Of a DNA stretch of 32,000 nucleotides, positions 7,501 to 14,470 are shown piece by piece. Origin of the DNA: Candidatus Saccharimonadota bacterium (GTDB taxonomy: Bacteria > Patescibacteriota > Patescibacteriia > 2-12-FULL-60-25); NCBI GenBank assembly GCA_016699205.1, contig CP064964.1:660001-692000 (forward strand), in the 5' to 3' direction. The notes beneath the pieces are model-generated. The model was given only the letters and a program-made list of their open reading frames with translations. It searched no databases and was not told the origin of the DNA. A program made the translations under genes and the position numbers. Positions within the stretch are counted from its first letter, which is position 1; the number at the start of each line of letters is the position of its first letter.

Positions 7501-10500
7501 CGCGATGTCTATGTCGGTACCTCTACCTACGATGTTTTCCTCAACTCCGACTTTGTCCTCGATGGCAATGATCTCTTTGCCGCTGACAATATTGGTTCGG
7601 TTTCCTCGATCTTCTCCAATGGCATGCTCGTTACCGGAGAAACCGGTCCTACCTTGTTTGGAGACGGATTCATCAATCAGACCGATGGTGCACTCGTTAT
7701 TTCGGCCAACAGCTCATTCTTGACCCAACCATCCATCAGCATCATTGCCGGTGATTTTACATCCGGTCTTGCCGGTGACGTGAATATCCTGGCTGGCAAC
7801 GGTCTTGGCGGAAACCCGGCTGGAAATATCTACCTCACGCCAGGCGACTCCCTTGGACAGCCGGGACATCTCTATCTCAATGCTGCAGGCACTTCCAATC
7901 AACCGCAATTCCGCTTTGAATCCATCGGTGGAGGCATGGTGAGCTTAGAGGCTCCGAATACCGCTAACACCGAGAGCTTTGTCCTTCCATTTGCGGATGG
8001 AGCTTCTTCTACTGTCATTGGTACCAATGGCACTGGAATTCTTACCTTTGTCTCTGTTTGTTTGACGGATGGTACCAACTGTCCGGCTTCTTCTGGCCTC
8101 GACACCCTCCAGTCGGTCACTGCGCGCGGCAGCTTCACGACCACCACTGCCCAGTTCTTTGGCGGGTTTGTGGCCGCAAGTTCGAGTGTGACGGGGACGT
8201 TTGTCGTGGTTGGCTCTACCTCGCTCCGCAATGTCGACTTCACAACGGCTACCGGTACCTCGGTCACCACGACTAATCTCTTTGCGACTTTGGGTAGCTT
8301 TACGACTGCTACCGCAACTAATGCGAATATCAACATTCTTACTGCCGCAACCGGTACTGTCTCTAGCCTCAACTTCCGCAATGCGACTGGTACGTTCTTG
8401 TTTGCCTCAACAGGTACGTTCGCAACGGTCACTTCATCGTTCTTGTATGCCAATACGGCTAACTTTGCGACGGCTACCGTTTCCGGTGTCGGTATCTGTT
8501 TGAGCAATGGCGTTGGTTGTCCGGCTGCTGGTTCGGTAGCAGTGTCTTTGGACTCGGCTTATGATGGTCCGTCGGGTAGTGGTTCTGGTCGTACCATCTT
8601 TGCAGATAATGGTGCAGTTAACATTATTGTTCCAACAACGGGTACTTCACCCGGCCTTGTGATTAATCATCAGGAGGATTCTAGTTTTGTGAATGCGGTT
8701 GAAATCTACTCAACTGGTACAAATCTCGCTCTTTTTGTTCAACGTAATAACAGTAACTTTGATACGAATTCTGCACGTTTTATTAACACGAATCCAGGCG
8801 GTTCCTCTATTACGGTCGAATCTAGCGATACATATCTTTCTTTCTTGGCAAACCGCACACTTTCTGGAGGTACAAGTGTCATCTCTTCACTGTCATCAAC
8901 TGGTGTTGCTCAAGGACTTAATTTTAATGCGCGTTCATTTGATTTCCGTACAGCACCTGACGGAATTACACAGTTTAGCGCGTTGTCCATGCTTCAGAGC
9001 GGAGCTACCACATTTAATACCTCAAGTACTGAGAGCGCTACGGCTTGGAAAGTTAATAATTTTGGGTCCGGTCCATCGCTTGAGGTATTTGATGGTGGTA
9101 ATGCGCTTTCGGATAATACGTCCTTCATGATTGATGATAATGGAGACGTCGGAATTGGTTTAAACCCGGGTGAAGTCAAGTTAAGCGTCCTTTCGAGCCG
9201 CGCTACAACTACAGCTGTTGCTCGATTTAGCAGCACAAGTTCTGCTGATTTTGATCTTTTTGTTGCAACCGGTACTCCTGAAGGTAATACATCCGGTTCT
9301 CCTGGTGACTTGGCTGTAGATACCAGAGATGGTCGACTATTTGTTAAAACAACAGGCGGCTCAACGGGATGGCTTTCAGTCTGTCTCTCCGACGGCACCA
9401 ACTGTCCGGCTGCTTCCGGCCTCGACACCCTCCAGTCGGTCACCGCACGCGGCAGCTTCACGACCACCACCGCCCAGTTCTTTGGCGGCTTTGTGGCAGC
9501 TTCCTCTTCTGTCACAGGAACCTTTGCTGTTGCCGGAACAAGCACCCTTTTGCGCGATGTCTATGTCGGTACCTCTACCTACAGCGTTACCCTCAACTCC
9601 GACTTTGTCCTCGATGGCAATGATCTCTTTGCCGCTGACAATATTGGTTCGGTTTCCTCGATCTTCTCCAATGGCATGCTCGTTACCGGAGAAACCGGTC
9701 CTACCTTGTTTGGAGACGGATTCATCAATCAGACCGATGGTGCACTCGTTATTTCGGCCAACAGCTCATTCTTGACCCAACCATCCATCAGCATCATTGC
9801 CGGTGATTTTACATCCGGTCTTGCCGGTGACGTGAATATCCTGGCTGGCAACGGTCTTGGCGGAAACCCGGCTGGAAATATCTACCTCACGCCAGGCGAC
9901 TCCCTTGGACAGCCGGGACATCTCTATCTCAATGCTGCAGGCACTTCCAATCAACCCCAATTCCGCTTTGAATCCATCGGTGGAGGCATGGTGAGCTTAG
10001 AGGCTCCGAATACCGCTAACACCGAGAGCTTTGTCCTTCCATTTGCGGATGGAGCTTCTTCTACTGTCATTGGTACCAATGGCACTGGAATTCTTACCTT
10101 TGTCTCTGTTTGTTTGACGGATGGTACCAACTGTCCGGCTTCTTCTGGTCTCGACACCCTTCAGTCCGTTACGGCTCGAGGCTCCTTCACGACCACCACC
10201 GCCCAGTTCTTTGGCGGGTTTGTGGCAGCTTCATCCTCGGTCACAGGTACCTTTGTCGTCGTCGGTTCTACCTCGCTCCGCAATGTCGACTTCACAACGG
10301 CTACCGGTACTTCGGTCACCACCACCAACCTCTTTGCGACGTTGGGTAGCTTTACGACCGCTACGGCAACCAATGCGAATATCAACATTCTCTCTGCGGC
10401 AACCGGTACGGTTTCTAATCTCAACTTCCGCAATGCGACTGGTACGTTCTTGTTTGCCTCAACAGGTACATTCGCAACAGTCACTTCATCGTTCTTGTAT

Positions 10501-12885
10501 GCCAATACGGCTAACTTTGCCACAGCTACCGTTTCCGGTGTCGGTATCTGTTTGAGCAATGGCGTTGGCTGTCCGGCAAGCGGTTCCTCTAATGACACGC
10601 TGTTAACGATTACGAATCGCGGTGCGATCGCCACGAGCACGTTTACACTTTACGGCGGTTTTGTCGCGGCAAGCTCGAGTGTGACGGGCACTTTGAATGT
10701 CGTGGGTAGTTTGAATGTGTTTGGAGGAACTTCTAGCCGTATCGCTTTTGAAGCGCCCCTCGAACAGTACGTGACGGCTACTACCCCGTTTACAACCATG
10801 GCAACTACGTACGTTGGTAATGATCCGAGAGTTGTTGTCGTTCAGGGTAACTATGCATATATCATGAGCAACACTCCACAGCTGCATATTGTGGATGTCT
10901 CTAATCCGAGCGCACCAATCCTGATGTCGACCACGACACTTTCTGGTGGTAGTTCTTGGAGTGATTTGGTTGTTTCCGGTGATTATGTCTACACGGTTGA
11001 TTTTGGAGGCACCATGAACGTTGTTGACGTTTCAAATCCACGAAGACCGTTGGTTACGGATACGCTTTCCTTAAGTGGCCCTGGCGAGATTGAAGTTGCA
11101 GGGAGATATGCTTATGTCGCTGAATGGAGCAGCAGCCGCATTGCCGTTATCGATATCTCGGATCCTTATAATATTTCCGTTCTTTCACAGACAGCGTCTG
11201 ACCTCGAGGCTTGGGGGATGGAGGTTCAGGGCGATTATGTGTATACCTCTGCTTACGGTAGCGGGCCGTTCAATGTCTATAACGTATCAGATCCTAATAC
11301 GGTACGCCGCGTTGGTACCACCGGTGCACTCTCTAGCTTAAGTAATGAGGTGCCGCTTCGTGTGCAGGGAAGCTATGCGTATCTTGGAAGTGCCGCCTCT
11401 AACTATTTCTACGTAATCGATATCTCTAATGCGACAGGACCAACCGTGATTTTTCAAGGTGCGGTCACGAGCACGTCGATATCTAATTATAAGTACTTTT
11501 CCGTCAACGGAGATTACGTGTATGTCTCTGAGGATGGCACTGGAGAAATGCATGTTATCGATATTTCCAACCCTCGTTACCCACGATACGTAAAGACCCA
11601 CACCTATTCTCCAACGACTAACTTCGGTATTGATGTTGCTGGTCGATATGCTTACGTCTTACATCAGGGCGCCAGTGACTCGATGTCGATCATTAAGGTT
11701 GGTGGTTCAGAAACAAATGCTTTGCTCGCGCATAGCTTTGAGGCAGGCACGTTGAATGTTCTCGGAATTGCTGATTTTCAGAATTTTGTCTCTATCCGTA
11801 CAGGTCTTTCTGTCGGTTCGGCTGGCATCAATAGTTTTGGTTCGTTAAATGTTTACGCAACAAATACAACGAGTACGTTTTATGGCGCGGTCTCTACGAG
11901 TCGTTTGATGGTCGGAGGGTATGCTGTTTGTCTTTCTAACGGTACCAACTGTCCAGCTGCATCTGGTCTCGACACCCTTCAGTCTGTTACGGCTCGCGGC
12001 AGCTTTACGACTACCACCGCCCAGTTCTTTGGCGGTTTTGTGGCCGCATCCTCTTCCGTTACAGGTACGTTCCGCGTCATTGGTTCTTCGATAGTGAACG
12101 GTACGTCGACTGTTACGGGTTCGTCATCGTTTAACGGTGTCGACTTTGTCCGGGCTACCGGTACCTCGGTCACCACCACCAACCTCTTTGCGACGAATGC
12201 TTTGTTTACCGGTGCCACAGGAACAACCGTTACTTCTAGCCAGGTCTTCTGGAATAATGCCACGGGCGCAAGACTCTTTGTTTATGGAGCAACGTTTAAT
12301 GATGCGACGTCAAGCAACTTCTTTGTCAATACCATGCTCGGATTTACGAGTGCGACCGGTGTTTCTTTGAACGTAAATGGCTTTACAGCTGCAACGGCAT
12401 CCATTGCTGGTCTCAACTTCCGTAATGCTACGGGTGTAAATCTTTTTACGACCAATGTCACAACGACCAATTTGTCGGTTCTTGGAACATTCTCCGCGAC
12501 AAATCTTGCATGGACAAATGCAACCGGTACGTTTTTGACTGTCACAACGAGTACCCAGACCTTCTCGAGTATTCGATACGTTTCTTCATCTCAGCTAAAT
12601 GTAAATACAGCGGTTCTCATGCGCATGGGTCAGGCGTCATCCGTCGGTTCACCTACCGAGGTGTTTGTTTCCGGCCGCTACGCGTATGTCAATTCAGCTG
12701 CTTTTGCTGACATCAACATCTACGATATCTCTGATCCGAATGCACCAACCTCGGTTTCATCGATTCAGATGCCTGGCGGAAACTCGGGTAATGCCTATGT
12801 TGTTGGAGATTATCTGTACACGGGCGATCAAGGCACGCAGCTTCGTATTTACGATATTAGCAATCGAAGAGATCCTCGGTTGTGA
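4522..12885 (+). CDS. Gene 1, ORF fragment 3 of 6 (2787 aa in track): end of the tandem array, two 1.18-kb modules, a knob-like module and LVIVD propellers 1 and 2 (part)
   Basis: Frame 1. The track start GTG at 4522 is the internal Val of ...TLTSVNGSITT... as found in all sister units. This is a long uninterrupted ORF with family repeats throughout. It terminates DISNRRDPRL-stop in the middle of an LVIVD blade, which continues in frame 0. Confidence 0.9.
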   Translation: MNGSITTLTSTSGTIATFNFENATGSSLYANTIQATTVSSTAVFVNGVAVCLASGTNCPTGTTPNLQTVTNAGNTTTRAIQFAGGTSTADFVFNTSATVNGIFTANGQSNLQNVSFLNATGSSLFVSLLTATNGTIDTLVSTNGTITSLSAVSVTTTNLLAASTTVTGTLTANNATATTLQANIATFATATVSGQAICLSNGVGCPSTSAEADTLASVTNRGAFATSSVTLFGGLTTSDLTATGTTSLQNTTITNGTTTNFAVTGLVNSNLIPAADLAFSLGNATNRWNANLGNVTSTSVTTTNLFATNAFVDTLGVTTFSASSGTITNFLFANATGTNLFVTNFNAGTGSINNFTSNSSTITNLFSPAATFTSSSIVNLTATTATITNLVLGSPLNLTNITWVNATGTNTTSTNLFATTFGFTNATGDSLTSNIATINTLTSVNGSITTLTSTSGTIATFNFENATGSSLYASTIQATTVSSTAVFVNGVAVCLASGTNCPTGTTPNLQTVTNAGNTTTRAIQFAGGTSTADFVFNTSATVNGIFTANGQSNLQNVLFTNATGNSLFVSLLTATNGTIDTLVSTNGTITSLSAVSVTTTNLLAASTTVTGTLTANNATATTLQANIATFATATVSGQAICLSNGVGCPSTSAEADTLASVTNRGAFATSSVTLFGGLTTSDLTATGTTSLQNTTITNGTTTNFAVTGLVNSNLIPAADLAFSLGNATNRWNANLGNVTSTSVTTTNLFATNAFVDTLGVTTFSASSGTITNFLFANATGTNLFVTNFNAGTGSINNFTSNSSTITNLFSPAATFTSSSIVNLTATTATITNLVLGSPLNLTNITWVNATGTNTTSTNLFATTFGFTNATGDSLTSNIATINTLTSVNGSITTLTSTSGTIATFNFENATGSSLYANTIQATTVSSTAVFVNGVAVCLASGTNCPAASGLDTLQSVTARGSFTTTTAQFFGGFVAASSSVTGTFAVAGTSTLLRDVYVGTSTYDVFLNSDFVLDGNDLFAADNIGSVSSIFSNGMLVTGETGPTLFGDGFINQTDGALVISANSSFLTQPSISIIAGDFTSGLAGDVNILAGNGLGGNPAGNIYLTPGDSLGQPGHLYLNAAGTSNQPQFRFESIGGGMVSLEAPNTANTESFVLPFADGASSTVIGTNGTGILTFVSVCLTDGTNCPASSGLDTLQSVTARGSFTTTTAQFFGGFVAASSSVTGTFVVVGSTSLRNVDFTTATGTSVTTTNLFATLGSFTTATATNANINILTAATGTVSSLNFRNATGTFLFASTGTFATVTSSFLYANTANFATATVSGVGICLSNGVGCPAAGSVAVSLDSAYDGPSGSGSGRTIFADNGAVNIIVPTTGTSPGLVINHQEDSSFVNAVEIYSTGTNLALFVQRNNSNFDTNSARFINTNPGGSSITVESSDTYLSFLANRTLSGGTSVISSLSSTGVAQGLNFNARSFDFRTAPDGITQFSALSMLQSGATTFNTSSTESATAWKVNNFGSGPSLEVFDGGNALSDNTSFMIDDNGDVGIGLNPGEVKLSVLSSRATTTAVARFSSTSSADFDLFVATGTPEGNTSGSPGDLAVDTRDGRLFVKTTGGSTGWLSVCLSDGTNCPAASGLDTLQSVTARGSFTTTTAQFFGGFVAASSSVTGTFAVAGTSTLLRDVYVGTSTYSVTLNSDFVLDGNDLFAADNIGSVSSIFSNGMLVTGETGPTLFGDGFINQTDGALVISANSSFLTQPSISIIAGDFTSGLAGDVNILAGNGLGGNPAGNIYLTPGDSLGQPGHLYLNAAGTSNQPQFRFESIGGGMVSLEAPNTANTESFVLPFADGASSTVIGTNGTGILTFVSVCLTDGTNCPASSGLDTLQSVTARGSFTTTTAQFFGGFVAASSSVTGTFVVVGSTSLRNVDFTTATGTSVTTTNLFATLGSFTTATATNANINILSAATGTVSNLNFRNATGTFLFASTGTFATVTSSFLYANTANFATATVSGVGICLSNGVGCPASGSSNDTLLTITNRGAIATSTFTLYGGFVAASSSVTGTLNVVGSLNVFGGTSSRIAFEAPLEQYVTATTPFTTMATTYVGNDPRVVVVQGNYAYIMSNTPQLHIVDVSNPSAPILMSTTTLSGGSSWSDLVVSGDYVYTVDFGGTMNVVDVSNPRRPLVTDTLSLSGPGEIEVAGRYAYVAEWSSSRIAVIDISDPYNISVLSQTASDLEAWGMEVQGDYVYTSAYGSGPFNVYNVSDPNTVRRVGTTGALSSLSNEVPLRVQGSYAYLGSAASNYFYVIDISNATGPTVIFQGAVTSTSISNYKYFSVNGDYVYVSEDGTGEMHVIDISNPRYPRYVKTHTYSPTTNFGIDVAGRYAYVLHQGASDSMSIIKVGGSETNALLAHSFEAGTLNVLGIADFQNFVSIRTGLSVGSAGINSFGSLNVYATNTTSTFYGAVSTSRLMVGGYAVCLSNGTNCPAASGLDTLQSVTARGSFTTTTAQFFGGFVAASSSVTGTFRVIGSSIVNGTSTVTGSSSFNGVDFVRATGTSVTTTNLFATNALFTGATGTTVTSSQVFWNNATGARLFVYGATFNDATSSNFFVNTMLGFTSATGVSLNVNGFTAATASIAGLNFRNATGVNLFTTNVTTTNLSVLGTFSATNLAWTNATGTFLTVTTSTQTFSSIRYVSSSQLNVNTAVLMRMGQASSVGSPTEVFVSGRYAYVNSAAFADINIYDISDPNAPTSVSSIQMPGGNSGNAYVVGDYLYTGDQGTQLRIYDISNRRDPRL
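7342..8525 (+). repeat. Dispersed direct repeat, copy A (1184 bp) of an intragenic module
   Basis: It matches 9394-10577 at a constant offset of 2052 (for example, the minus-strand shadow ORFs 7714-7908 and 9766-9960). The match is near-identical up to about 8094, with only a handful of differences seen, and is clearly more diverged from 8095 to 8525. Confidence 0.9.
9394..10577 (+). repeat. Dispersed direct repeat, copy B
   Basis: See copy A. Both ends of the similarity fall in Cys-loop codons (ggcaccaactgtccgg at the 5' end, gg(t/c)tgtccggc at the 3' end). Confidence 0.9.
10756..11712 (+). other. LVIVD-type 7-blade beta-propeller 1 (gene 1)
   Basis: It has seven blades with the core [VI]-x-G-x-Y-[AVL]-Y-[VIT]...[IV]-[IV]-D-[IV]-S-[ND]-P-x-x-P: VQGNYAYIM, VSGDYVYTV, VAGRYAYVA, VQGDYVYTS, VQGSYAYLG, VNGDYVYVS, VAGRYAYVL. 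The pattern matches the LVIVD repeat family of bacterial/archaeal surface proteins (Pfam LVIVD; recalled, not searched). Confidence 0.75.
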
Positions 12886-13472
12886 GCCAGCTTACCGGAC
12901 CTACTTGCGAAGATTGTATTGTTTCAGGCCGTTATCTTTATAGCGTAGATACAAACTCCTTTGACATTGTTGACATAACAAATGCAACGGCTCCTCGAAG
13001 AGTATTCTCAACTACCACTTCGAACGGTGAGAAAGTGAGAGTCCAGGGTAGCTATGCCTATGCGATTCTGGGTGGAAATAGTGTCCGCGTTTTTGATGTA
13101 ACAAACGCTACCAGCCCGATACAGATTGCTTCCATTGCCCTTACTTCGCCGTCAGCATTGGCTGTTTCGGGGCGGTTCCTCTATGTAAATAACAGTACCG
13201 CTGTTCGTGTGTACGATATCGCTGATCCGAATAATCCGACATTATTGGGCTCAGTTGCTATCGGCAATACTCCGGGCGAGATTGATGTAGCAGGAAAATA
13301 TCTTTATATAACGCATAATGATTTGTCTGTAGTTGATGTTTCGAGTTCGACGAATCCACGCATCGTGATTCAGGATTTATCGCTCGGTAGTAACGGTATC
13401 GATGTGTATGGCCGCTATGGTGTCGTTGGTATTAGTGGAGGTATTCAAATAATTGATTTTGGAGGTCTTGAA
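12640..13472 (+). other. LVIVD-type 7-blade propeller 2 (gene 1; spans the frame break at 12879)
   Basis: Blades: VSGRYAYVN, VVGDYLYTG, VSGRYLYSV, VQGSYAYAI, VSGRFLYVN, VAGKYLYIT, VYGRYGVVG. Each is followed by x-[IV]-x-D-[IV]-[ST]-N/D-x-x-x-P. Confidence 0.75.
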
Positions 13473-14099
13473 ACGCATGCGGCACGCATTGGGGCCCTGG
13501 AAGTCGGTTCAATTACGGGTTGGAACGATGCTGATTTTGGAGGCACGCTTCGTGTAGGGACATCGCTTCAAGTTGGTCGCCAGGGCATTTTTACATTAGG
13601 TTCGCTTGCTGTAGGTGCGACAAATACCACATCAACTATTGAGTACGCGGTCTCATCCACGCGCGGTGAGTTTTCGGGAGGATTGAGTGTTGGCGGTGTG
13701 TCTGTCTGTTTATCAAATGGAACAAACTGCCCTGCTGGCAGCGGAACAGACACCCTCCAGTCGGTCACCGCACGCGGCAGCTTCACGACCACCACCGCCC
13801 AGTTCTTTGGCGGCTTTGTGGCAGCTTCCTCTTCTGTCACAGGAACCTTTGCTGTTGCCGGAACAAGCACCTTTTGCGCGATGTCTATGTCGGTACCTCT
13901 ACCTACGATGTTTTCCTCAACTCCGACTTTGTCCTCGATGGCAATGATCTCTTTGCCGCTGACAATATTGGTTCGGTTTCTTCGATCTTCTCCAATGGCA
14001 TGCTTGTTACCGGAGAAACCGGTCCTACCTTGTTTGGAGACGGATTCATCAATCAGACCGATGGTGCACTCGTTATTTCGGCCAACAGCTCATTCTTGA
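12882..14099 (+). CDS. Gene 1, ORF fragment 4 of 6 (meaningful coding about 12879-13870): rest of LVIVD propeller 2, linker and junction box
   Basis: Frame 0. (V)VSQLTGPTCEDCIVSGRYLYSVDTNSFDIVDITNATAP completes the blade interrupted at 12885. After 13870 the frame-0 product turns into nonsense (FCAMSMSVPLPT...). The family sequence LLRDVYVGTSTYDVF continues in frame 2. Confidence 0.85.
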   Translation: MSQLTGPTCEDCIVSGRYLYSVDTNSFDIVDITNATAPRRVFSTTTSNGEKVRVQGSYAYAILGGNSVRVFDVTNATSPIQIASIALTSPSALAVSGRFLYVNNSTAVRVYDIADPNNPTLLGSVAIGNTPGEIDVAGKYLYITHNDLSVVDVSSSTNPRIVIQDLSLGSNGIDVYGRYGVVGISGGIQIIDFGGLETHAARIGALEVGSITGWNDADFGGTLRVGTSLQVGRQGIFTLGSLAVGATNTTSTIEYAVSSTRGEFSGGLSVGGVSVCLSNGTNCPAGSGTDTLQSVTARGSFTTTTAQFFGGFVAASSSVTGTFAVAGTSTFCAMSMSVPLPTMFSSTPTLSSMAMISLPLTILVRFLRSSPMACLLPEKPVLPCLETDSSIRPMVHSLFRPTAHS

Positions 14100-14470
14100 C
14101 CCAACCATCCATCAGCATCATTGCCGGTGATTTTACATCCGGTCTTGCCGGTGACGTGAATATCCTGGCTGGCAACGGTCTTGGCGGAAACCCGGCTGGA
14201 AATATCTACCTCACGCCAGGCGACTCCTTGGACAGCCGGGACATCTCTATCTCAATGCTGCAGGCACTTCCAATCAACCGCAATTCCGCTTTGAATCCAT
14301 CGGTGGAGGCATGGTGAGCTTAGAGGCTCCGAATACCGCTAACACCGAGAGCTTTGTCCTTCCATTTGCGGATGGAGCTTCTTCTACTGTCATTGGTACC
14401 AATGGCACTGGAATTCTTACCTTTGTCTCTGTTTGTTTGACGGATGGTACCAACTGTCCGGCTTCTTCTG
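13749..14470 (+). repeat. Dispersed direct repeat, copy C (partial; corresponds to A 7375-8096), carrying two of the frame-breaking 1-nt losses
   Basis: gacaccctccagtcggtcaccgcacgcggc...ccaactgtccggcttcttctggc is near-identical to copies A and B, apart from cc for ccc at 13870 and 14226 and a few substitutions. It diverges immediately after tcttctggc. Confidence 0.9.
13874..14317 (+). CDS. Gene 1, ORF fragment 5 of 6 (meaningful coding about 13871-14226)
   Basis: Frame 2. (L)LRDVYVGTSTYDVFLNSDFVLDGNDLFAADNIGSV...NIYLTPGDS is the same peptide encoded at 7497-7852 and 9549-9904. After 14226 it becomes DSRDISIS..., while GQPGHLYLNAAGTSNQPQFRF continues in frame 1. Confidence 0.8.
   Translation: MRDVYVGTSTYDVFLNSDFVLDGNDLFAADNIGSVSSIFSNGMLVTGETGPTLFGDGFINQTDGALVISANSSFLTQPSISIIAGDFTSGLAGDVNILAGNGLGGNPAGNIYLTPGDSLDSRDISISMLQALPINRNSALNPSVEAW

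Noticed and set aside
127-7723. Many + strand Pro/Arg/Ser-rich ORFs in the two non-coding frames (for example 127-345, 544-1191, 689-1168, 3198-3848, 6062-6505 and 7184-7723).
   Set aside because: They are out-of-frame shadows of the tandem units and repeat at the 1329-bp period. Their composition is the frame-shifted image of ACC/ACG/GCC/TCG-rich codons, and they are nested entirely inside the giant ORF.
4522-14313. The internal start codons used by the track (GTG 4522, GTG 12882, TTG 13874, ATG 14311) as starts of independent genes.
   Set aside because: Each falls in the middle of a conserved repeat peptide that is continuous across the junction. None is followed by a signal peptide or preceded by an intergenic gap, RBS or promoter-like AT-rich sequence.
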